From Eledone cirrhosa (taxonomy: Eukaryota), in the NCBI GenBank assembly GCA_964016885.1, contig OZ024749.1, forward strand, positions 12,958,001 to 13,022,000: DNA of 64,000 bases, in the 5' to 3' direction. The position numbers and the translations under genes are program-made. Below the pieces are notes generated by a model. That model saw nothing but the letters and a program-made list of their open reading frames with translations. It was not told where the DNA came from and made no database searches. This document shows positions 15,223 through 26,124 of the stretch, piece by piece. The stretch's first letter is position 1. Each line of letters opens with the position of its first letter.

Positions 15223-15283
15223 CGCACACACACACACATACACACACATATATATATGTATATGTATTATGTGCAGAAGAATG

Positions 15284-15331
<48 letters not shown>

Positions 15332-15490
15332 CGTGCGTGTATATATAATGTATATCCATATATACATATATGTGTGTATGTATGTATATGTATATGTGTA
15401 TATATACATATATTATATGTATTGTGTGCATAAGTATGTACATATATATGTATGTATGTATATATATATATATGTATATATGTATATATG

Positions 15491-15537
<47 letters not shown>

Positions 15538-15835
15538 TTATATATACATATATTTACATATATGTATATATACCTTCCATATGTGACGTGTAGAAACAAT
15601 GTGGGTGTTGTAAATGACAAATAATATAAGAATCTTTCTCCCCCTCCCCCCTCTCTCTCTTTTCTACTTTCTTTCTATCTCTCCCTCTTTCTCCCTCCCT
15701 CTCTCCCTCTGTCGCTATGTATCTCCGTCTCGCCCTCCTCTCTCTCTACCACCCCCCTCTCTCTCTCTGACGTGATCTGAAGAACATGAAGACTTTCAGG
15801 AACCGTTACTAAACTATATGAGATAAGCCTCACTG

Positions 15836-17655
15836 ACTGTTGTTGTTACTGTTGTTGTTGTTACTGTTGTTGTATTTGTTGTTACTGTTGTTGTTGTTGT
15901 TACTGTTGTTGTTACTGTTGTTGTTACTGTTGTTGTTGTTACTGTTGTTGTTGTTGTTACTGTTGTTACTGTTGTTGTTGTTACTGTTGTTGTTGTTGTT
16001 GTTGTTGTTACTGTTGTTGTTACTGTTGTTGTTACTGTTGCTGTTACTGTTGTTGTTGTTGTTACTGTTGTTGTTACTGTTGTTGTTGTTGTTACTGTTG
16101 TTGTTACTGTTGTTGTTGTTGTTACTGTTGTTACTGTTGTTGTTACTGTTGTTGTTGTTGTTACTGTTGTTGTTGTTACTGTTGTTGTTACTGTTGTTAC
16201 TGTTGTTGTTACTGTTGTTGTTGTTGTTATTACTGTTGTTGTTACTGTTGTTGTTGTTGTTACTGTTGTTGTTGTTGTTACTGTTGTTGTTACTGTTGTT
16301 GTTGTTGTTGTTACTGTTGTTGTTACTGTTGTTGTTGTTATTACTGTTGTTGTTACTGTTGTTGTTGTTGTTACTGTTGTTGTTGTTGTTACTGTTGTTG
16401 TTACTGTTGTTACTGTTGTTGTTGTTACTGTTACTGTTGTTGTTGTTGTTGTTACTGTTGTTGTTACTGTTGTTGTTGTTGTTACTGTTGTTGTTGTTGT
16501 TGTTACTGTTGTTGTTACTGTTGTTGTTGTTACTGTTGTTGTTACTGTTGTTACTGTTGTTGTTACTGTTGTTGTTGTTGTTACTGTTGTTGTTGTTACT
16601 GTTGTTGTTACTGTTGTTGTTGTTACTGTTGTTGTTACTGTTGTTACTGTTGTTGTTACTGTTGTTGTTGTTGTTACTGTTGTTGTTGTTGTTGTTACTG
16701 TTGTTGTTACTGTTGTTGTTGTTGTTACTGTTGTTGTTGTTGTTGTTGTTGTTACTGTTGTTGTTACTGTTGTTGTTGTTACTGTTGTTGTTACTGTTGT
16801 TGTTGTTGTTACTGTTGTTGTTACTGTTGCTGTTACTGTTGCTACTGTTGTTGTTGTTGTTGTTACTGTTGTTGTTACTGTTGTTGTTGTTGTTGTTACT
16901 GTTGTTGTTGTTGTTGTTACTGTTGTTGTTACTGTTGTTGTTGTTACTGCTGTTGTTACTGTCGTTGTTGTTGTTGTTACTGTTGCTGTTGTTGTTGTTA
17001 CTGTTGTTGTTACTGTTGTTGTTGTTACTGTTGTTGTTACTGTTGTTGTTACTGTTGTTGTTACTGTTGTTACTGTTGTTGTTGTTGTTACTGTTGTTGT
17101 TACTGTTGTTGTTACTGTTGTTGTTGTTGTTACTGTTGTTGTTGTTGTTGTTGTTACTGTTGTTGTTACTGTTGTTGTTGTTACTGTTGTTGTTGTTGTT
17201 ACTGTTGTTGTTACTGTTGTTGTTGTTGTTACTGTTGTTGTTACTGTTGTTGTTACTGTTGTTGTTACTGTTGTTGTTACTGTTGTTGTTGTTGTCACTG
17301 TTGTTACTGTTGTTGTTACTGTTGTTGTTGTTGTTACTGTTGTTGTTACTGTTGTTGTTGTTACTGTTGTTGTTGTTGTCACTGCTGTTACTGTTGTTGT
17401 TGTTGTTACTGTTGTTGTTACTGTTGTTGTTGTTGTTGTTGTTACTGTTGTTGTTGTTGTTACTGTTGTTGCTACTGTTGTTGTTGTTGTTACTGTTGCT
17501 GTTACTGTTGTTGTTGTTGTTACTGTTGTTGTTGTTGTTGTTGTTACTGTTGTTGTTACTGTTGTTGTTGTTGTTACTGTTGTTGTTGTTACTGTTGTTG
17601 TTGTTGTCACTGTTGTTGTTACTGTTGTTGTTGTTGTTGTTACTGTTGTTGTTAC

Positions 17656-17686
<31 letters not shown>

Positions 17687-19515
17687 ACTGTTGTTGTTAC
17701 TGTTGTTGTTGTTGTTGTTACTGTTGTTGTTGTTGTTACTGTTGTTGTTACTGTTGTTGTTGTTGTTACTGTTGCTGTTACTGTTGTTGTTGTTGTTACT
17801 GTTGTTGTTGTTGTTGTTGTTACTGTTGTTGTTGTTGTTACTGTTGTTGTTGTTACTGTTGTTGTTGTTGTTGTTGTTACTGTTGTTGTTACTGTTGTTG
17901 TTACTGTTGCTGTTACTGTTGTTGTTGTTGTTACTGTTGTTGTTACTGTTGTTGTTGTTGTTACTGTTGTTGTTACTGTTGTTGTTGTTGTTACTGTTGT
18001 TGTTGCTACTGTTGTTGTTGTTGATGTTACTGTTGTTGTTACTGTTGTTGTTGTTGTTACTGTTGTTGTTACTGTTGTTGTTGTTGTTACTGTTGTTGTT
18101 ACTGTTGTTGTTGTTACTGTTGTTGTTGTTGTTACTGTTGTTGTTACTGTTGTTACTGTTGTTGTTACTGTTGTTGTTGTTGTTACTGTTGTTGTTGTTA
18201 CTGTTGTTGTTACTGTTGTTGTTGTTACTGTTGTTGTTACTGTTGTTACTGTTGTTGTTACTGTTGTTGTTGTTGTTGTTACTGTTGTTGTTACTGTTGT
18301 TGTTGTTGTTACTGTTGTTGTTGTTGTTACTGTTGTTGTTGTTGTTACTGTTGTTGTTGTTGTTACTGTTGTTGTTACTGTTGTTACTGTTGTTGTTGTT
18401 ACTGTTATTGTTGTTGTTGTTGTTGTTACTGTTGTTGTTACTGTTGTTGTTGTTGTTACTGTTGTTGTTGTTGTTGTTACTGTTGTTGTTACTGTTGTTG
18501 TTGTTACTGTTGTTGTTACTGTTGTTACTGTTGTTGTTACTGTTGTTGTTGTTGTTACTGTTGTTGTTGTTACTGTTGTTGTTACTGTTGTTGTTGTTAC
18601 TGTTGTTGTTACTGTTGTTACTGTTGTTGTTACTGTTGTTGTTGTTGTTACTGTTGTTGTTGTTGTTGTTACTGTTGTTGTTACTGTTGTTGTTGTTGTT
18701 ACTGTTGTTGTTGTTGTTGTTGTTGTTACTGTTGTTGTTACTGTTGTTGTTGTTACTGTTGTTGTTACTGTTGTTGTTGTTGTTACTGTTGTTGTTACTG
18801 TTGCTGTTACTGTTGCTACTGTTGTTGTTGTTGTTACTGTTGTTGTTACTGTTGTTGTTGTTGTTGTTACTGTTGTTGTTACTGTTGTTGTTGTTACTGT
18901 TGTTGTTACTGTCGTTGTTGTTGTTGTTACTGTTGCTGTTGTTGTTGTTACTGTTGTTGTTACTGTTGTTGTTACTGTTGTTACTGTTGTTGTTGTTGTT
19001 ACTGTTGTTGTTACTGTTGTTGTTGTTGTTGTTGTTACTGTTGTTGTTGTTGTTGTTACTGTTGTTGTTACTTTTGTTGTTGTTACTGTTGTTGTTACTG
19101 TTGTTGTTACTGATGTTGTTACTGTTGCTGTTGTTGTTGTTACTGTTGTTGTTGTTGTTGTTACTGTTGTTGTTACTGTTGTTGTTGTTGTTGTTACTGT
19201 TGTTGTTGTTGTTGTTGTTACTGTTGTTGTTGTTGTTGTTGTTACTGTTGTCGTTACTGTTGTTGTTGTTACTGTTGTTGTTACTGTTGTTGTTGTTGTT
19301 ACTGTTGCTGTTGTTGTTGTTACTGTTGTTGTTACTGTTGTTGTTGTTACTGTTGTTGTTACTGTTGTTGTTACTCTTGTTGATACTGTTGTTGTTACTG
19401 TTGTTACTGTTGTTGTTGTTGTTACTGTTGTTACTGTTGTTGTTGTTGTTACTGTTGTTGTTACTGTTGTTGTTACTGTTGTTGCTCTTCTTGTTACTCT
19501 TGTTACTGTTGTTGT
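15836..19515. repeat. 3.7-kb (GTT)n array punctuated by ACT triplets
   Basis: Pure 3-nt register of gtt runs separated by act. It produces the poly-L, poly-N/S and poly-T/V pseudo-ORFs. Confidence 0.95.
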
Positions 19516-19769
19516 AACTGGTGGTGTTATTGTTATTTTTATTGTTGCTGTTTATTGTATTTCTCTTGTTTTTTACGATCTCAGTGTTGAAGACGGAGAT
19601 GCTAATGGTTTCATTACCGCCATCAACATCATCATCATCATCACCATCTTCTTCATCCTCGTCATCATCATCATCACTATCACCACCCCCTTGATCACCA
19701 TCATCCTCATCATCATTATGTTCATCACCGCCATATTGGCCAGACACATCTAATCGTTCTAAAACACGT

Positions 19770-20518
19770 AGATCTGATTGGCTGGCCACATGATACGGCT
19801 CTCAAACATTGGTTGGTGACATCATACCGTACTTAGATGCCAAGCTCTGATTGGCTGGACACATCGTACGGCTGTCAGATACAATATTCTGATTGGCTCG
19901 TCACATTATACGGTCCTTTGCTGCCAAACTCTGCTTGTGTTGACATATCCTACAGTTTTTAGACACTGTGTTCTGATTGGCTCAGGATATCCTATGTTCC
20001 TTAGAGACCAAGTTCTGATTGACTAGACACCAGATTATGATTGGCTGGTGACATCCTACTATCATTCGACGCCAAGCTCTGATTGGCTAGACATATTACC
20101 GTCCTTAGAGTCTATGTTCTGATTGACTCAGGATATCCTGTGGTTCATAGATGCCAAGTTCTGATTGGCTGTTAACATCCTGCGGTCCATAGACACCAAT
20201 ATCTGATTGGGTCGTGACATCCTGTGGTGCATAGATGCCAAGTTCTGATTGGCTGGTAACATTCTGCGGTCTATAGATATCAATATCTGATTGGCTGGTT
20301 TACATCCTGCGGTCCATAGATGCCAAGTTCTGATTGGCTGGTTTACATCCTGCGATCCACAGATATCAATATCTGATTGGCTGGTGACATCCTGCGGTCC
20401 ATAGATGCCAAGTTCTGATTGGCTGGTAACATTCTGCGGTCCATAGATACCAATATCTGATTGAGTCGTAACATCCTGTGGTCTTTAGATGCCAAGTTCT
20501 GATTGGCTTGAAAACATC
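19770..20518. repeat. 42-bp minisatellite with a CTGATTGG (inverted CCAAT box) in nearly every unit, about 18 units
   Basis: Unit ctgattggctggtaacatcctgcggtccatagatgccaagtt. ctgattg starts at 20161, 20203, 20245, 20287, 20330, 20373, 20415, 20457 and 20499. Confidence 0.92.
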
Positions 20519-21159
20519 TTACAGCTTTGAGACACCAAGCTTACAAAGGTGACAATTAGGTATAAGGGAGGGCGGAAGGAATATATCTTCAGCTAGCCTA
20601 ATTGCATGTGAGAAAGCGAGACCACTGAAAGGACCCAAAAGTTTGGTGGTTGAGGTGTTAAACCGGAAGTACAGAGGATTTAGTGAACCATACCAGTAGA
20701 TCTCAGCGGGATTTGAACTCAAAACTCGAGCAACAGGGAAAAAAGACTACAAAGTAACTACTTTGTCCGAGAGTGTGAATGGTTCCGCGGGTCCACCTAT
20801 AACTTGTGGTGAGACATGCTGCTTCTTCAAAGTCCGCCACAACCACCATAATAACAATAACCACAACCACTACCACAATTACCACCCTCCATTACCTCTT
20901 ACAACCACCACCACCACCTCCACCAATACCACCGCCACTACTACCAACATCACCACCACCTGCACTACGACCACAAACACCATCAACTACTATATATGTG
21001 TGTGTGTGTGTGTATGTATGTGAATGTATGCATTTAGTGTGTGTGTGTGTGTTTGTGTGTGTTTGTGTGTGATAGAAACAAACATCACAAATACAAACAC
21101 AGACACACACAAAACAACATCTAAATAGGAGGGATAGAGTGGTGGAGAGGACAGGAAGA

Positions 21160-21572
21160 GAGAAAGTGGTGAGAGAGAGGGGGAGGTGAGAGAGAGAAAA
21201 ACAGGTGAGAGACAGAGAGGGGAAGGTGAGAGAGAGAAAACAGAAGGAGAGAGACAGAGAGGGGGAGGTGTGAGAGAGAGAGGGAGGTGAGAGAGAAAAA
21301 CAGGAGAGAGACAGAGAGGGGGAGGTGTGAGAGAGAGAGGGGTAGGTAAGAGAGAGGAAAACAGAAGATGAGAGACAAAGAGGGGGAGGTGTGAGAGAGA
21401 GAGGGGGAGGTGAGAGAGAGAAAAACAGAAGGAGAGAGGGAGAGAGGGGGAGGTGAGGGAGAGAAAAACAGAAGGAGAGAGACAAAGAGGGGGAGGTGTG
21501 AGAGAGAGAGGGGGAGGGTGAGAGAGAGAGGGGGAGGTGAGAGAGAGAGAGGGGGAGGTGAGAGAGAGAAAA
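21160..21572. repeat. GA-rich minisatellite (gagagagagggggaggtg / gaaaaacagaaggagaga modules)
   Basis: Recurring modules visible directly in the sequence. Confidence 0.8.
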
Positions 21573-22055
21573 GCAACATGAAGGATGTTGAATAGGTTTA
21601 ATTAAATCTTCTTCTGTGTGTGGCAACTGTTCACTTAGGTAGCCATTGTCGAATGACATGTACATCCATTATGGCGGATTTCAGGCCTGTGAAAATGACA
21701 TTGTCAAAGGTGTAGGGGGGAAGGATTAGGGGTAGATGAGAGGGGGAGGGGCTTGAATAGGCTGTATGATTTCCTATATTTCGTGTTTGGCCACCGTCTC
21801 TCTCTTTATTTGTCTATCTATCTACCTACCCAACCTACTTATCTATCTACCTATCTATTTATCTATCTATATATTTATTTGTATATTTGTATATTTGTAT
21901 ATATAATATCTATATATTTATTTGTATATTTATATATTTATTTGTATATGTGTATATTTGTACATAAAAGAAACATATATATTTATTTGTATATTTTTCT
22001 ATCTATATGTCAGTCTGTCTGTGTATCTATATATCAAACCCTATCAATCCATTTG

Positions 22056-22376
<321 letters not shown>

Positions 22377-22443
22377 ATATATATATATATATATATATAT
22401 TTATTAAAATAACAGATTAAAGTTTAAGCAAATTTATTATTAT

Positions 22444-22517
<74 letters not shown>

Positions 22518-22593
22518 GAGGAGACAACTACGCAGTGAGATAGACATAGTCATAGAGACATTGACAAAATCACACATTGAGGTAGATAGATAG

Positions 22594-22620
<27 letters not shown>

Positions 22621-22629
<9 letters not shown>

Positions 22630-23085
22630 AGTGTAATTTTCTACACAAAACGAAGGTTATAGAGAAAATTGAGGTTGGTAATGGCACATGGAATATATAA
22701 GAGACAGAATACTTTTTTGTGAAAAAACATAATTTTATAAGGTAAGGTAATAATAAAGGGTATAAAAAATGACCGGTTTCGATGGGTCTGCAAAAGCCAT
22801 CTTTTCAAATGTTGATTAATATTAAGAAAAATTAATAATACGAAGAGTTAAAATTTGAGACTTGAAAATTCAAGTATAAAATTCATTGTGGGATTTCATA
22901 GCAGTTTTCATCTAGGTAGCAACAACAGGTTGACTGCTGTGTCCCTTTCTGGTAGTGAATGAGAAGTTATTTGGGGTGTGGGTTATTTTATAAAGGTCAG
23001 ATTTAGCAATAGCCAGCTGCTGGTCAGTGAGGGGGTGGAAGCAATATACACACACATACCTTCATCCACACATACATACACATAC

Positions 23086-23120
<35 letters not shown>
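22621..23120 (-). repeat. 3' pseudo-LTR of PLE-1
   Basis: Appears identical by eye to 27382-27884. Confidence 0.92.
22765..22814 (-). ncRNA. Minimal hammerhead ribozyme (U3-A8 core variant) in the 3' pLTR
   Basis: Reverse complement: TTGAAAA-gatgg-cttttgcagac-ccatc-GAAA-ccgg-TC. 5-bp stem II, palindromic CCGG stem III, GUC triplet. Stem I is weak. Confidence 0.7.
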
Positions 23121-23132
<12 letters not shown>

Positions 23133-23247
23133 CACACATACATACACACACACATACATATACATACACACATACACACACACACACATATATATACACA
23201 TACACACACACACATATATATACACATACACATACATCCAGATACAC

Positions 23248-23297
<50 letters not shown>

Positions 23298-23847
23298 ACA
23301 CATACATACACACACACATATATATATACATACACACATACAAACATACACACACACACACACACACACATATATGTACACACATACACACACATATATA
23401 TACACACACACACACACACATGCATATATATATATATATACACATACGCATACATCCAGATACCCACATACATACACACACACACACACACACGCGCACA
23501 CACAATACATACATCCACATGCACACACATACTCACACACACACACACACACATACATACACCCACACACAGAGAAATGGCCTTCAAATATATATATATA
23601 CATATATACACACACAGACACATATATTTTTTCCATAATATAAGAAGTTGGGGCAGTGAAATTAAAATAATTCTGTGTGCGCATATATATATAGATATAC
23701 GTGTGTGCACGTGCAGGGTTTAACATGGATGTGTTGGTCACACAAAGGCATGGTCTGTCAATGAATAAACCTGATTCTACAGAATTGGTCTCTGGTCTTT
23801 AATAGTAGTGATTCCGTGCGTATGTGTGTTTATATTTTATGACAATT

Positions 23848-26124
23848 CTATTGGGGTGATAACCCGTTTAGTTTTGGTTTAAATTTGTTAAGGAATAGAT
23901 TTTCTTTGTTTATTCTTTGTTGTTGTGTGAACGAATCTGAGCACTTGTAGAAGGGGAAGATTTTAAAGTTGGGTAGTGTCATTCCTGCGCAGTTCGCAAT
24001 ATGGCTGCTCAAGGGGATTTTTCTTGTGTTAGCGTCCCGGATTTGTTGGCGGTGGATGGTCATTCTTTTGCGTAATGAGGTGCCCGTCTGTCCTATGTAG
24101 TTGTGTTTGCACCCACCGCAAGTTATTGCGTAAATCAAGTTCTCCGAGTTGCAGGTGAAATTGTTTTTTACTGTAAATGTTTGGCCATCTTTGAATGTAA
24201 ATGTTTGTCCTTCAGTGAGGTAGAGGCACGTTCCACAGTTTGTTCTACCACATTTGGTAACTGTAGGGTTGAGGATTGGTTTGGGTATATTTGGTCCAGT
24301 GAGAATGCGTTTAAGTGATTTGGGTTGTCTTTTACTTTTAAGGATCTTGTGTGTTTCAAGAATAGACTTCATTTTTGCATCTTTAAGTAGGATGGGGAGG
24401 TTTTTGTGTAGGTGATCAAACATTTCGGTATTTCTGGGGTTGAAAGTGGATACATATGGCAGGGTGTTGAGTGTGGTTTTCTGTTTTGGATTGTTAAGTT
24501 GATGGGGATTTAGGTGTTTTGCCCTGTCTATTCCATTGTTGATTATTTCAAGTGGAAAGGCTCTTAAGATAAGGGTGTCTTTTAGTTCCTTTAGTCTTTG
24601 CTCCCGTTTAGGTGGATCTGATACTATGGTACATACACGTTTGGCCAAATTGTAAGGAATGTTAAGTTTTGTATGTTTTGGGTGACTTGATGTGAAAAAG
24701 AGGTATTGCTTGGAATCTGTGGGTTTATAGAATATATCTGTATCTAATTTCCCGTCTATTACAGAGATGAGAATATCCAAGAAGGCTAATTCCTTAGGAT
24801 TGGATTCCATTGTGAATTGTATGTTATTATCTATGTTGTTTATCATGTTTTTAAACGTAGTAAGTGAGTTCATGTCTTCTTGCCATAGGATAAAGCAGTC
24901 GTCTAGATATCTTTTCCAATTGGCTTTGAGGTGTGTGTGGAAAGAGTCTCCAAATAAGAGAAGGGACTGACTGTATATTTGTTGTTCATGGAATCCCATG
25001 ACTAGGTTGGCATATGTGGGTGCTACTTTCGTGCCCATTGCCGTACCTGATACTTGTCTGTATGTTGAACCATTGAATGTGAAGTAGTTATTTTGTAGGA
25101 TAAAGCGGAGTCCGTCAGTGATAAAATCTGTGTTGATGCGTGTCGGTATTTCTGATGGGTGTGTGTTAAGCCAGTATTGGACTGCTGTTATTCCATAGTT
25201 GTGAGGTATGTTTGTGTAGAGGTTTATTACGTCAAAGGAGACAAGAATTGTATTTGCACTTACTGTTTTAGGGAGGTGTTTCAGCATGTCAAGGTCATCT
25301 CGTATGTAGCTCTGTATATGTTGTAGAAAGGGTTTCAGTAGGATGTCCAGAAAGTTGCTAAGTCTGTGGGTTTCACATGTAGGGCCTGCTATAATTGGCC
25401 TGAGTTTTAGGTCTTCTGGTGGTGTTAGTTCAATGTAATTGTTGGTTGAGGTGTCACATGCATCGTTTATGGGTTTACATTTGTGAAGTTTCGGTAAGCC
25501 GTAAAAAGAGCTTGTATTGCATTTGAAGTGGCTTATATAGTTAAACTCTTTTGTGGTTAAGCTGTTGCGGTATTTATTCAGTAAGGTCAAAAGGTTCCCC
25601 ATTGTTTTGGTGTGTTTGTAGTTTTCTGTTTTTTCATAGTATGTGTTGTTTTCTAAAATGTTAAGTGCGAGGGTCCTATAGTAGTCCGTATTCATAATCA
25701 CAACAGTACTGCCTTTATCGGCTTCTTTGATAGTTATCTCAGGGTTGTTTCTAAGTGTGAATAATTCTTCCCATTCGTGTGTAGATAGGTTTGATTTCGT
25801 GTGTTTATTTGTAATTGTTTCATAGGGAAAGTTGGTGATGTGTTCGCAGTACGTGTCCAGTGCTTTATTTCTTCCCTTTTGTGGGCAGAAATTGCTTTTA
25901 TTTCTAACCAGTGATTCGTCTTCAGTGTTGGTGTCGTTGTGGAAGAATTCCGTTAGTCGCAGCTTTCGGCAGTATTCCATGATGTCATCCTTCATTTCGG
26001 GGAAGTTTGGTTTACGTGGTGTAGGTGTAAATTTCAGGCCCTTACTTAAAATGTTGATTTGTGTGTTGGTTAGAGGTGTCTTTGAGAGGTTGATTATTTT
26101 TGGTTTCTCCTGAGGGGGGGCCAT
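23848..26124 (-). CDS. PLE ORF2: reverse transcriptase + Cys-rich linker + GIY-YIG endonuclease (758 aa from ATG; may be translated as an ORF1 fusion)
   Basis: RT motifs ADKGSTVVIM, FYGLPKLHK, LRPII, SFDVINLYTNIP, GTAMGTKVAPTYANL, WKRYLDDCF, FLDI and KPTD...SSHP. Linker CGRTNCGTC. Endonuclease LIYAITCGGC..NYIGQT..R..H..H..E. No stops. Confidence 0.96.
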   Translation of the reverse strand: MAPPQEKPKIINLSKTPLTNTQINILSKGLKFTPTPRKPNFPEMKDDIMEYCRKLRLTEFFHNDTNTEDESLVRNKSNFCPQKGRNKALDTYCEHITNFPYETITNKHTKSNLSTHEWEELFTLRNNPEITIKEADKGSTVVIMNTDYYRTLALNILENNTYYEKTENYKHTKTMGNLLTLLNKYRNSLTTKEFNYISHFKCNTSSFYGLPKLHKCKPINDACDTSTNNYIELTPPEDLKLRPIIAGPTCETHRLSNFLDILLKPFLQHIQSYIRDDLDMLKHLPKTVSANTILVSFDVINLYTNIPHNYGITAVQYWLNTHPSEIPTRINTDFITDGLRFILQNNYFTFNGSTYRQVSGTAMGTKVAPTYANLVMGFHEQQIYSQSLLLFGDSFHTHLKANWKRYLDDCFILWQEDMNSLTTFKNMINNIDNNIQFTMESNPKELAFLDILISVIDGKLDTDIFYKPTDSKQYLFFTSSHPKHTKLNIPYNLAKRVCTIVSDPPKREQRLKELKDTLILRAFPLEIINNGIDRAKHLNPHQLNNPKQKTTLNTLPYVSTFNPRNTEMFDHLHKNLPILLKDAKMKSILETHKILKSKRQPKSLKRILTGPNIPKPILNPTVTKCGRTNCGTCLYLTEGQTFTFKDGQTFTVKNNFTCNSENLIYAITCGGCKHNYIGQTGTSLRKRMTIHRQQIRDANTRKIPLSSHIANCAGMTLPNFKIFPFYKCSDSFTQQQRINKENLFLNKFKPKLNGLSPQ

